Shown one piece after another: positions 28,993 through 39,879 of a DNA stretch of 64,000 nucleotides (position 1 is its first letter; each line of letters opens with the position of its first letter). Under the pieces are notes generated by a model. It was not told the DNA's origin, made no database searches, and was given only the letters and a program-made list of their open reading frames with translations. The stretch comes from Octopus sinensis (taxonomy: Eukaryota): positions 93,992,001-94,056,000 of the forward strand of contig NC_043004.1 in assembly GCF_006345805.1 (NCBI RefSeq), in the 5' to 3' direction. Position numbers and translations under genes: made by a program.

Positions 28993-29473
28993 GTACCAAG
29001 TAGGTTGGTATGTATGTATGTAGGTAGGAAGCTAGACACATGTGTCGGCAGATAGCTACCTACGAAGCTACCTACCCAGCTAGCTAGGTAGTTAGGTAGA
29101 TAGACATACCAAGAACGGGTGGGTGGAACTCATTCGCGTTTGGTAAATACGATAAGGGCGGGAAGAGCCAAAATAACAATCATCATATTAACAAAAGCTG
29201 ACAGACAGTTTTTAACAGCCCCCCCCCCCCAACCTGCCGTTTTCACTCACTTTAAACATTCTACTTAGCTACGGTGCAACGGATTTAATACAGAAAGAAA
29301 ATAAATAAAAAAATAAATGAAAGCCCGCTGCACACACGCACGTATGTCATTTGTATAGTTTCGCTGATAAACTGAGATCGTGCCACATGCCAACACACAG
29401 ACGAACACACAGACACAGAGCTAGACAAACAGCATTAGATGTTTATAAGAAACAGCAACAATGGACTCTGTAA

Positions 29474-29505
<32 letters not shown>

Positions 29506-29784
29506 ATGTACGTGCGTCTGCGCGCGCGTGTGTGTATGTGCGTGTGTGTATGTGTGTGGTGTGTGTGTATGTGTGTGTGTGTGTCTGTGTGTTCATGAAT
29601 ACATAAAAATGATTTTGTGTTTTCAGTTTATCACGATGTAAAGAGAAGCAGTTTCCCGATGTAAACGTAACTATATATACATGTGCGTGTATATGTATGC
29701 ATAGTACGAAAGCATGAACATATGTATACGCATCCACCAGTTTATATATATGTGTGTGTGTGTGTGCGCATATACATAAAGATG

Positions 29785-29827
<43 letters not shown>

Positions 29828-30407
29828 TATATATTATATATATATTATATATATATATATATATATGTATATGTATGTATATATCTATATCTGTGTGTGT
29901 GTGTGTGTGCGCGCATATATATAAAGATGTATATACTATATATATATATATATATATATATAATATCTGTGTGTGTGTGTGAGTGTGTGTGTGCGCATAT
30001 ACATAAAGATGTATTTACATATATCTATATATCTGTGTGTGTGTGTCTTTGTATCAGTTTGTCACCCACTACCATCGCTTGACAACCGAGGTTGCTGTGT
30101 TTACGTTCACGTGACATAGCTGTTCGGCAAAAGATACCGATAATACTAGGTAGCAGGCTTTAAAAAAATAAGTATTGGAGTCGATCCGGCAAAAAAATTC
30201 TTCAGAGGTGGTATCCCAGCATGTCCGCTGTCTAATGACTAAAAGTACGCATACGTGTGTGTGTGTGTCTGTGTGCCTGTGTGTGTGTGTGTGTGCGTAG
30301 GGGTGTGCGTATTAAGATTAGATAAGGCCGGTTTATGGGATTACCTTAGGTTTAACGTCCATAAAGGGTTTCGCTTTATGCGTATCATCAAATCCCCAAA
30401 CCTATTT

Positions 30408-30475
<68 letters not shown>

Positions 30476-30490
30476 TATATATATAATATA

Positions 30491-30724
30491 TCTGTAAATG
30501 TAATGTGTGACAATTATTTGGTAGCCATGATAAAATTCCGAGTTTCGGATGTCGAGATGGAAATCCACGCCGACACATCTTCAGATTTCCACCCCGACAT
30601 CAGAAATTCGGAGTTTTTTCATGGCTACCGAATAATTGTCACATATTACATTTACAGATAAATTCCTCTATTTACATAATATCGAGGTATCTTTCATTCC
30701 TTTGTTGTCTTACCATTTCTATCA

Positions 30725-30725
<1 letters not shown>
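30491..30725. mobile_element. Inverted-repeat element carrying a degenerate hammerhead-like core (Penelope-like inverted pLTR or MITE)
   Basis: TCTGTAAATGTAATGTGTGACAATTATTTGGTAGCCATGA... is mirrored by ...TCATGGCTACCGAATAATTGTCACATATTACATTTACAGA. The minus strand has CTGAAGA(30584-30578)-TGTCG..CGACA-GAAA(30546-30543). Flanked by (TA)n/(TAA)n. Confidence 0.55.
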
Positions 30726-30766
<41 letters not shown>

Positions 30767-30783
30767 TAATAATAATAATAATA

Positions 30784-30819
<36 letters not shown>

Positions 30820-31099
30820 ATGATGATGATGATGATGATGATGATGATTAATATAATGATAACTATAATATAATAAAATAATAATAATAATAATTATTAT
30901 TATTATTATATTATCATTATTATTATTATCATTATTATTATTATTATTATCATTATTATTATTATTATTATTTTAATTATTATTTATTATTATTATTATT
31001 ATTATCATCATTATTATTATAGGGAGTATAACTCCAAACTTAGATGGAAAAATTCAATTTAGTATTAAATCAAATTTCACAAAATATATATATATAAAA

Positions 31100-31330
31100 T
31101 ATAAATTATAGATAAAAACCACTATTATGCAACTCAAACAGTGATAGACATAAACCTAAACATAAATAACAAATAAGATATATTTTTATAAAACATATAA
31201 CTAGATCTCAAAAAGTATAAAAAGGAATGAGCAATATATATGTAAAAAATATATAATATTTATCTATGTTTTGGTTTATGTCTATCACTATTTGAGTTGC
31301 ATAATAGTGGTTTTATCTTTAATTTATATT
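31100..31330. repeat. Inverted repeat (~65-bp arms, ~100-bp spacer), MITE-like
   Basis: AAAACCACTATTATGCAACTCAAACAGTGATAGACATAAACC vs GGTTTATGTCTATCACTATTTGAGTTGCATAATAGTGGTTTT. Confidence 0.65.
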
Positions 31331-31379
31331 ATATTATATATATATATATATATATATATGATGGAGTCTCCTGTTGAAG

Positions 31380-31651
31380 GTGACATATAAGTACTCAGCC
31401 TTTGCCGAGCTACCTGCATAAATGACTTGTTTCATAGTGATAAAATGCATGTATGGTACATTATCGCACTCCCTCCATCAAATAAACGTTGCTTGAACAG
31501 GTGCACGGTGTACAACGCGCCAGGTGTCGACGTGATCACGGAGCAACGTGATATGAAGTGTATTGCTCAAGAACACAAGACACCGCCCGGTCTAGGAATT
31601 GAAACCACGATCTCGCGCGCAGCACCCTAAGCATTAGGCCATGCGTCCTCA
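31380..31651 (-). mobile_element. Diverged family-B-related/CORE SINE
   Basis: Reverse head ...CGCCCGGTCTAGGAATTGAAACCACGATC...GGCCATGCGTCCTCA. Confidence 0.55.
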
Positions 31652-31741
31652 TGTATGTATGTATGTATGTATGTATGTATGTATGTATGTATGTACGTAC
31701 CTATATATGTGTGTATACACACATACGTATATTACATATGT

Positions 31742-32054
31742 GGAGGCACAATGGCCCAGTGGTTAGGGCAGCGGACTCGCGGTCGTAGGGTCGAGGTTTC
31801 GATTCCCAGACCGGGCGTTGTGAGTGTTTATTGAGCAAAAACACCTAAAGCTCCACGAGGCTCCGGCAGGGGGTGTTGGCGATCCCCGCTGTACTCTTAC
31901 GTCACAACTTTCTCTCACTCTTTCTTCTGTTGGCCTGCTCGCTTAGCCAGCAGGTGGCGTCATTTGAAGGCTAAAACAATGCGAAACGCATTGTGACCAG
32001 CGATGTGTAGCAACATCTGATAGCCTGGTCGGTCACGTGTCGTGACGTGACGTG
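31742..32054 (+). mobile_element. SINE family B, tail type 2
   Basis: GGAGGCACAATGGCCCAGTGGTTAGGGCAGCGGACTCGCGGTCG head; diverges from tail type 1 after CTCACTCTTTCTTCTGTT. Confidence 0.85.
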
Positions 32055-32089
32055 GTATATATGTGTGTGCATAGCCTCTTAGCTGCATT

Positions 32090-32234
32090 GAAGGTTATAA
32101 GGCAATTCAATGCACTTGGCCCTAAAATAATAATCATTGACAGCAAGGCAAAGCGTACATAAATCAGTATTGGGCCTCGAGACCGTGGACCCCTGGGCAA
32201 CTCCCCAATATGCCCATACCTTATGACACCACTG
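32090..32234 (-). mobile_element. hAT-like MITE end fragment
   Basis: Terminus reads CAGTGGTGTCATAAGG on the minus strand, with GGGCCC-type subterminal motifs. Confidence 0.4.
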
Positions 32235-32736
32235 TGTGTGTGTGTACGCGTGTGCGAGCGTGTGCGTGTATGAGCGTGTGTGTATAAAACCCACATTCAT
32301 AAACGATACTATTTTAACAATATACAGCTATGTATGCTTGTTTCTGTTCTGTTTAGCCTTCACCCCTAGTCGGCCCCGCTGACTAACCAGTTCTATGAAT
32401 GAAGGCGCCCCGAGCACGACCATCCCATTATTTCTACAAGCATAACGTGTGTACTACTATATTATCACATAGCCTGTTTACCACTACAAGTATAACGTGT
32501 ATCTCTCCTTTTCAAGATGGAAAGTGTAATTTGAGGGAGATTTCTCTGATCTTTCTTAACAATTCAGGTAAATATGTGAAAGGTTAATTCGAAGGCTCGA
32601 GGTGTTATATATACATAGAGATCGGTTTCACTTTTATAAGGTAAGATTGTCACAGGCGCGGGAGCACACACACACGTATACCCGCACGTAGAAGCATATG
32701 TGTGTGTTCATGTGTATAAAACCTCGTTTATATGCA

Positions 32737-32770
<34 letters not shown>

Positions 32771-32804
32771 ATGTTATGTATGTATGTATGTATGTATGTA
32801 TGTA

Positions 32805-32849
<45 letters not shown>

Positions 32850-33081
32850 CTATGGATGATTAAATTACACCAGTTATTATAGTCCTTGTTGTTATTAGAG
32901 TGCATTGTTGTGCCATTCGAAACACATTATTTGTGTGGTAAGTAACTTGCTTACCAACCACTTGATTCTGGGCTCATTCCCACTGCGTGGCACTTTTACT
33001 ATAGCAGCCTCGGGCTGACCAAAGCCTTAAGAGTGGATTTGGTAGACAAGAAATGAGGAGCCCGTCGGATATGTATATATA

Positions 33082-33145
<64 letters not shown>

Positions 33146-33185
33146 TAAATAAATGATGGAGTTGAACGAAGATGTTAACAAAATT

Positions 33186-33277
33186 CCTTTACTCTCGACA
33201 TATGTTTCGAAGACAACATGGTTCATTCCAAAGGAATAAACGGTGCAAGATGCAATCTTCTCATCAGGAAAGAAAGG
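33186..33277 (-). ncRNA. Type I hammerhead ribozyme, copy 1
   Basis: Minus strand: CCTTT-CTTTC / CTGATGA (33267-33261) / helix II GAAGA..TCTTC / GAAA (33208-33205) / C-ATAT-G / TC^ / GAGAG-T-AAAGG. All core nucleotides present. Helix I has 10 pairs (one G-U) and one bulge. Predicted GUC cleavage at 33197/33196. Confidence 0.8.
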
Positions 33278-33379
33278 GATAAACGGTGCAAGATGCATAT
33301 ATATACTATATATATATATATATATAATATATATATGAATAATAAATGAATGGAGTTGAACGAAGATGTTAACAAAATT

Positions 33380-33472
33380 CCTTTACTCTCGACATATGTT
33401 TCGAAGACAACATGGTTTCATTCCAAAGGAATAAACGGTGCAAGATGCAATCTTCTCATCAGGAAAGAAAGG
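33380..33472 (-). ncRNA. Type I hammerhead ribozyme, copy 2 (tandem)
   Basis: Near-identical repeat of copy 1: CTGATGA at 33462-33456, GAAACATATGTC^GAGAG, predicted cleavage at 33391/33390; one 1-nt indel in loop II. Confidence 0.8.
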
Positions 33473-34090
33473 GATAAACGGGGCAAGATGCATATATATA
33501 TATATATATCTATATATATATATATATATATATATAGATTATATATATATTATATAATATATATATATATATATATGTATGTATGTGTGTGTGCATATGT
33601 TGTCTCCCCAACATCGCTTGAGAACCAATGCTGGTGTGTTTACGTCCCCGTCACTAGCGGGTGCGGCAAAAGAGACCGATAGAATAAGTACTAGGCGTAG
33701 AAAGAATAACTTCTGGGGTCGATTTGCCCGACTAAGGGCGATGCTCCAGCATGGCCGCAGTCAAATGACTGAAACAAGTAAAAGAGTATGTATATATATA
33801 TGTTTGTGCCTGTGAGTGTCTTTGTGTCTGTTTTCCCCCTCCCACCGCTTGACAACCGGTGTTGTTGTGTTTACGTCCCTGTAACTAAGCGGTTCGGTAT
33901 GAGAAACCGATAAAATAAGTACCAGGCTTAACAAGAAATAAGTCCTGTGGTCGATAAATTCGACTAAAATGTCTTCACGGTCCACTCAGCTAGCAAAAAG
34001 AAAAATGTAGTTGTACCTGTATTTCAAAGGACCGGCCTTGTCACATTCTGTGTCTCGCAACATAAATGTGGTTGGGAAGCAAGCTTCTTA

Positions 34091-34697
34091 TTTCTTTACT
34101 GCCCACAAGGGGTTACACACAGAGGGGACAAACAAGGACAAACAAGGACATACAAACGGATTAAGTCGATTATATCGACCCCAGTGCGTAACTGGTACTT
34201 ATTTAATCGATCCCGAAAGAATGAAAGGCAAAGTCGACTTCGTCGGAATTTGAACTCAGAACGTAGCGGCAGACGAAATACCTATTTCTTTACTACCCAC
34301 AAGGGGGTAAACACAGAGAGGATAAACAAGGACAAACAAACGGATTAAGTCGATTATATCGACCCCAGTACGTAACTGGTACTTAATTTATTGACCCCGA
34401 AGGGATGAAAGGCAAAGTCGACCTCGGCGGAATTTGAACTCAGAACGTAGCGGCAGACGAAATACCTATTTCTTTACTACCCACAAGGGGCTAAACACAG
34501 AGAGAGTAAACAAGGACAAGCAAACGGATTAAGTCGATTATATCGACCCCAATGAGTGACTGGTACTTATTTAATCGACCCCGAAAGGATGAAAGGCAAA
34601 GTCGACCTCGGCGGAAGTTGAACTCTGAACGTCACGGCAGACGAAATACCGCTAAATATTTCGCCCGGCGTGCTAACGTTTCTGCCAGCTCGCCGCC
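34091..34697 (-). mobile_element. SINE family C trimer with a single 17-19-bp TSD
   Basis: One full head plus two further ~184-bp units; TTGGGAAGCAAGCTTCTTA at 34072-34090 and 34698-34716; the target is a family A head fragment. Confidence 0.9.
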
Positions 34698-34976
34698 TTG
34701 GGAAGCAAGCTTCTTACCACACAGCCACACCGGTGACTAGATTTCTTAACTTCTAAATAATTTAGCAAATTTCTCCGAGAGAAATTTGCTAAATTATTGC
34801 ATGTTGTATACAATACATCATCTTTCATCCAAAATTCAAATCATTTGCACCCTCCAAATAATTTGGTTATTCCTTTTGTGTTGGCCTAAAATACACGAAG
34901 CTGTTTTGGTCTATAAAAAATAAAAAAAGCTTTCCACTGATTAGGAGACTTGACTAAATAAAGTGTGCTGATATAA

Positions 34977-35076
34977 NNNNNNNNNNNNNNNNNNNNNNNN
35001 NNNNNNNNNNNNNNNNNNNNNNNNNNNNNNNNNNNNNNNNNNNNNNNNNNNNNNNNNNNNNNNNNNNNNNNNNNNN
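34977..35076. other. Assembly gap (100 N)
   Basis: N run. Confidence 1.
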
Positions 35077-35109
<33 letters not shown>

Positions 35110-35213
35110 ATAGTATGTGTATGTGTATATATACGCTGTTCTTTCTAGCGCGTTAGAATCCCTATAAGTGGATTTTACTATGTGTTTAAATTTACACTAT
35201 ATTGTATGACTAA

Positions 35214-35244
<31 letters not shown>

Positions 35245-35260
35245 GTATGTATGTATGTAT

Positions 35261-35480
35261 TCTTTTACTTGTTTCAGTCATTTGACTGCGGTCATGCTGG
35301 AGCACCGCCTTTAGTCAAACAAATCGACCCTCGGACTTATTCTTTGTAACCCTAGTACTTATTCTATCGGTCACTTTTGCCGAACCGCTAAGTTGCGGAG
35401 GTATAAACAAGCCAGCATCGGCTGTGAAGCAATGGTGGAGGGGCCAAACACAGACACACAAAAATACGCACACACACACA
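35261..35480 (-). mobile_element. SINE family A 3' half (5' half at 39181-39330), split by the hAT element
   Basis: The two halves together reconstitute one minus-strand copy. Confidence 0.75.
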
Positions 35481-35872
35481 CATATGCAGGGCCGGCCTTA
35501 GGAGGTGCGGAGTCCCATTGGGAACAATTTTGGTCGGCACCAGGTTCCCAGTGAAGTTGCACCAAGGTCTTTAGAATCATAAGAACATAAAAATATACTC
35601 CTTTGCCGGTATATTAGGAACCGAGATTAGTTGATAGCACACGAAAAAAACAAAAAAAGGGAAGAAAAATACCTCCAGGGTGAGGGCAGGGAATTTCTGA
35701 GGGCCCATCCTAATCCATCCCCCTCCGATTTGCGTGGAAAAAGTCATTTGCGGCATATTAGATAAGATTAGTTGATAGCACAAGAAAAAAAGAACGGACA
35801 AAAAACATTATTTCCCACCGAAATCGAGTTGGTTGTTAAACTATAAATTTACCAAAAATTTTCACCATCAGT

Positions 35873-36212
35873 ACTCTTTTACTCTTTTACTTGTTTCAGT
35901 CATTTGACTGTGGCCTTACTGGAGCACGGCCTTTAGTCGAGCAAATCGACCCCAGGACTTATTCTTTGTAAGCTTAGTACTCATTCTATCGGTCTCTTTT
36001 GCCGAACCGCTAGGTTACAGGGACGTAAACACACCGGCATCGGTTGTCAAGCAATGTTGGAGGGGGGGAACACAGACACACAAACATATACACACACGGG
36101 CTTCTTTCAGTTTCTGTCTACAAAATCCACTCACAAAATTTCGGTCGGCCCGAGGCTATAGTAGAAGACACTTGCCCAATGTTCCACGCAGTGGAAATGA
36201 ACCTGGAACCAT
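35873..36212 (-). mobile_element. SINE family A nested in the hAT element
   Basis: Reverse copy, head truncated. Confidence 0.85.
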
Positions 36213-36399
36213 AGCTGGGGGGTCTGGACAAAACTCTAAAAACAGTACTATTTATAAAATTTGATAATGCTTTTCAAGAAAATTCACAACGTAAAATAAT
36301 AAAATTAGGTTACATTTATTCAATACAACTGCAATCTACGGCAACGCAATGCAAAAAATTTAAGAAAATTGTCCTTGTCTATAACTGATTTGTATTTAC

Positions 36400-36800
36400 T
36401 AAGAGAAGCAAAAGTTTTATTTTCGCGGATGCTTCATATTTCGTCGAAATGGTATCATAATTCGAGTTAGCATAAAACGATGACTCGCATGTGGCTGTGC
36501 TAGACCCATATGTTAATGCTGCATCATACAATAAATAAACATTTGGAAAGGCATCCTGTACGATACGAAAAATCCCAAAATGCCCAGCAGTGTCATCATA
36601 TTTTGTTTGGAAATGTATGCTTTAGCCACAGTAAGTCCAGACAGCAAGGCCGATTTATAGCAATTAACTAAATTGTTCAAAAGTTTTAAAGTATCAAAAT
36701 CCAAACATGTCTCGGAGATTGATAGTAGACTTGCCAAGGAAGAATTTATGCTGTCGTTTTGCTCCCAAGCTTTCATCTTTGAAGGCGAAATAAATTTTGC
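36400..36800 (-). pseudogene. hAT transposase C-terminal dimerization domain remnant (frameshifted)
   Basis: Minus strand from ~36555 reads DAFPNVYLLYDAALTYGSSTATCESSF, then after a frameshift LTRIMIPFRRNM; matches FPN..L...LT.P.STA.CERSFS.L.RI. Confidence 0.8.
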
Positions 36801-38195
36801 GGTGAAAGATTATCCAGCCATTTGTGGTGGTACCAGGGCTTCAACAACATAATCTGAAAAACGTTGGGACCCGCAAGCTTTTCTCAGTAACATTAAATTA
36901 ACTCATTTGTTTCAGAATCTCACCAAATGTTAAAGAGTCTCTTAGTTTGGTTATTTCACTCTTGGCAATCTAAAGAAACTCAAGATGTATATTACAACTG
37001 TGACTCTGAAGCTGTTTGTCTACTGGCCTAATTATTTGCGAAAGCTGAGTAACATTTTCATTCTTGGATTTGTAAACTATGATAAGAATAACACTGGTCA
37101 ACAAAGAATGTGTCCCAAGGAAAAAAAGTACTATGTTTTTGCATGCAGAATTCAAAAATAATGTCAAATTATCTGTATCACCCACAGTTTCTCTGTTCTA
37201 CAATATCCCTCTCAGTTCCTGTTACATGTGCTAAATTTCAGTTAAGCTGCTGAAATGAGAAGCTAACGGTTTAAGAAATACTCCTAGTTTAAATTTTTGA
37301 CTAGAATTTATCTAGTGAAATTATAAATCCAGCTATCTGAGACAATGGATCCCAAAAATATATGAAATGAAAAATATTTAAAAATACTAACACACAGAAA
37401 GAAGCACAGAAAAATATGTAATATACTAACACACAAAAAAATTTGAAACAAAACACGCGGATAAAAAGAATCTCGTGGTGTGAAGAATCAAGTCTGAAAA
37501 ATCAACATAAACAGCGGCGGTTTCCATGGTGACAAGATGCTAATGCCACGCTGTCTGTTGATTGGCTAAAATTAATTCCAAATAATATCAGATTCTTTAA
37601 TTTACAAGACAAAGTAATTGGTTGATCGTAATCAAAATTCAGAGTTGCATCGATAGACCAAAATTGAAAGCAATCTGAGCAAAATTAAGTGGGGCGCATT
37701 TTGCGAATGACAAAGGCTTAGACCCCAATTTCTTAAAATTTATGTCTATTTGAATTAAACTCGAAGTGATTTCAGTTCAAGCAAATTTTTTTCAACAATT
37801 TCTTCAAATTTATGCATTTTTAATTAAACATAAAATGATTTCGGTATAAACTTTCGGAAAATATGGTCAATGAAAAACAAAAATTATTCTGTGAATTTTC
37901 TCGGCTGTAAACGCCCTTTTCAATGTATATATTTCGGAAAAATTCAAATTGTAAGCTCAAAATACTAATGATGGAAATTCTTTATAAACTTTTTCCTGAA
38001 TTCACAAACTCCTCCTGACCTGTGGGAATAAAATGACTATGTAATTTTCAACTCTGTTAATCCAAGGTTAATCCAAACGAGAAAACAGAAAAAACAACAA
38101 CACAAGGAGGTGGAACAATTAAAGTATTATTATTAGGCGCTCAGGAAAAAAGGAAGAAGGAGGGTGTGTGTGGTTTGTGTGCGTTACCAGTACCA

Positions 38196-38248
<53 letters not shown>

Positions 38249-39879
38249 ATATATCTATATATATATATATATTATTATATATATATATATAACATATATA
38301 TATATATGTATGTATGCATGTACGTATATATGTATATATATGTGTGTGTATGTATGTGTATATATATATACTACGCACACACACAAGCGTATGTGTATCT
38401 AGAAGATTTTTGTCGCCAGAGATAAAGGAATCAATGCTCTTAGTCACACCCGCTCACATAAATCTGTCTCCAGTTTTTTGCTCTATAGGGAATTAAGATG
38501 GCATTGCTTTCAATACTGACCAGTTGTATAGTACACGTGCGCACATGCAGGCACACGCACTACACACATACACATTCACACGCACACAGACATACAGACA
38601 TACGCACACACACACTCATACACACATACACGTTTGTAATTACTCGCATGTTTCCACATACCACTAAATCAAAGGAAATAAATTCTATTGCCTGTGTAGC
38701 GACCTCAGATCTTATGAACACAACCTGTCCTTAAAATGGGATGAATAATTTCTTTTTTTGTTCAGCTGTGAGTGAGATTCTTCTGTATTCTTTCCAAGAA
38801 TGAAAAACACAAATTCACAAACGGGAGGGGCTGAAATTCTAACAGGGGAAGAGGGGGCTAATAAGCATAACATAGCCCCGCCGTTTCTACGTGTTGCTAA
38901 AGAGTACAAAGTATGCATTTTTTAAAAAAGAGCTTTTTTACGTAGATATTTTTTAAACTTCATGAAATGTTGCAGTATAGGATGTGGCCCCTTGAGCGTG
39001 GGTCTCCCTTGGGAGTGGGACCCGATTGGAGCAATCGGTCAATTGACTTGAGGCTGACCCAGTATATACATATATATATATATATACTATATATATATTA
39101 TATATATATATATATAATAATATACACCACACACACACACACACACACACACCACACACCACATATATTATATATATATTCGACGGGCTTCTTTCAGCTT
39201 CCGTTTACCAAATCCCCTTGCAAGGCTTTGGTCGGCACGTGGCTTATAGTAGAAGACATTTGCCGCGGGTGCCACGCAGTAGGACTGACCCCGGAACCAT
39301 GTGGTTGGGAAGCAAGCTACTTACCACACGACCGAACCTGTTTGTAGGTAGGTGTGTAAAATCTGTGTAGGTATGTTTACAGTTGTGATTGTAGGGGTGT
39401 CTACAAATCTATTTATTATTATGTGCGCGTGTGTAAATATATTTATGAATACATGCAAGTATAAAGGCGCGTGTGTGAGTGCGTCCGTGTGATTGTGTGT
39501 GTGTGTGTGTGTGTGTGTGTTATGTGTGTGTGTAAGTGCAATTGTATTTGTGAGCATTCAAGTCTTACTGTTCTGTCGCCATTGTTTTGTTCTTTCGGAG
39601 ACACCGATATACAACAAATGCAAATAAAAATACAACTACTACAATAACTATAAGAACATTGACTTCTGGACATGGGTCCAAAGCCAGAAATCCCGACTCC
39701 ATTAAATACCGAATGGGTGTCACCGTATAGGCGTTCTTGGGCGACTCCTGTGAGAAATTTTCGGTGAATTGTGTTAACTCTATTATCTGTTTCAATTTTT
39801 TTCTATTCTGACAAACAACAATCCTAGATTCCCAAACTCTTTGTTGTTTTATGAAATATAACAGAAAGGTTTAGTATGC

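Larger units (their letters stand above)
32932..33788 (+). mobile_element. SINE family A interrupted in its internal (TA)n by the double-hammerhead insert
   Basis: 5' half 32932-33067, 3' half ~33585-33788; an additional 3'-half copy at ~33800-33970. Confidence 0.8.
35487..39062 (-). mobile_element. Decayed hAT DNA transposon with nested insertions
   Basis: Ends CAGGGCCGGCCTTAGG... and ...TTGAGGCTGACCCAG (imperfect TIR); internal hAT dimerization-domain remnant; no recognisable TSD (sits in a microsatellite). Confidence 0.65.

Noticed and set aside
34091-34697. Family C arrays as a CRISPR array or hammerhead retrozyme
   Set aside because: No unique spacers and the context is eukaryotic; no CUGANGA core found in the unit on either strand
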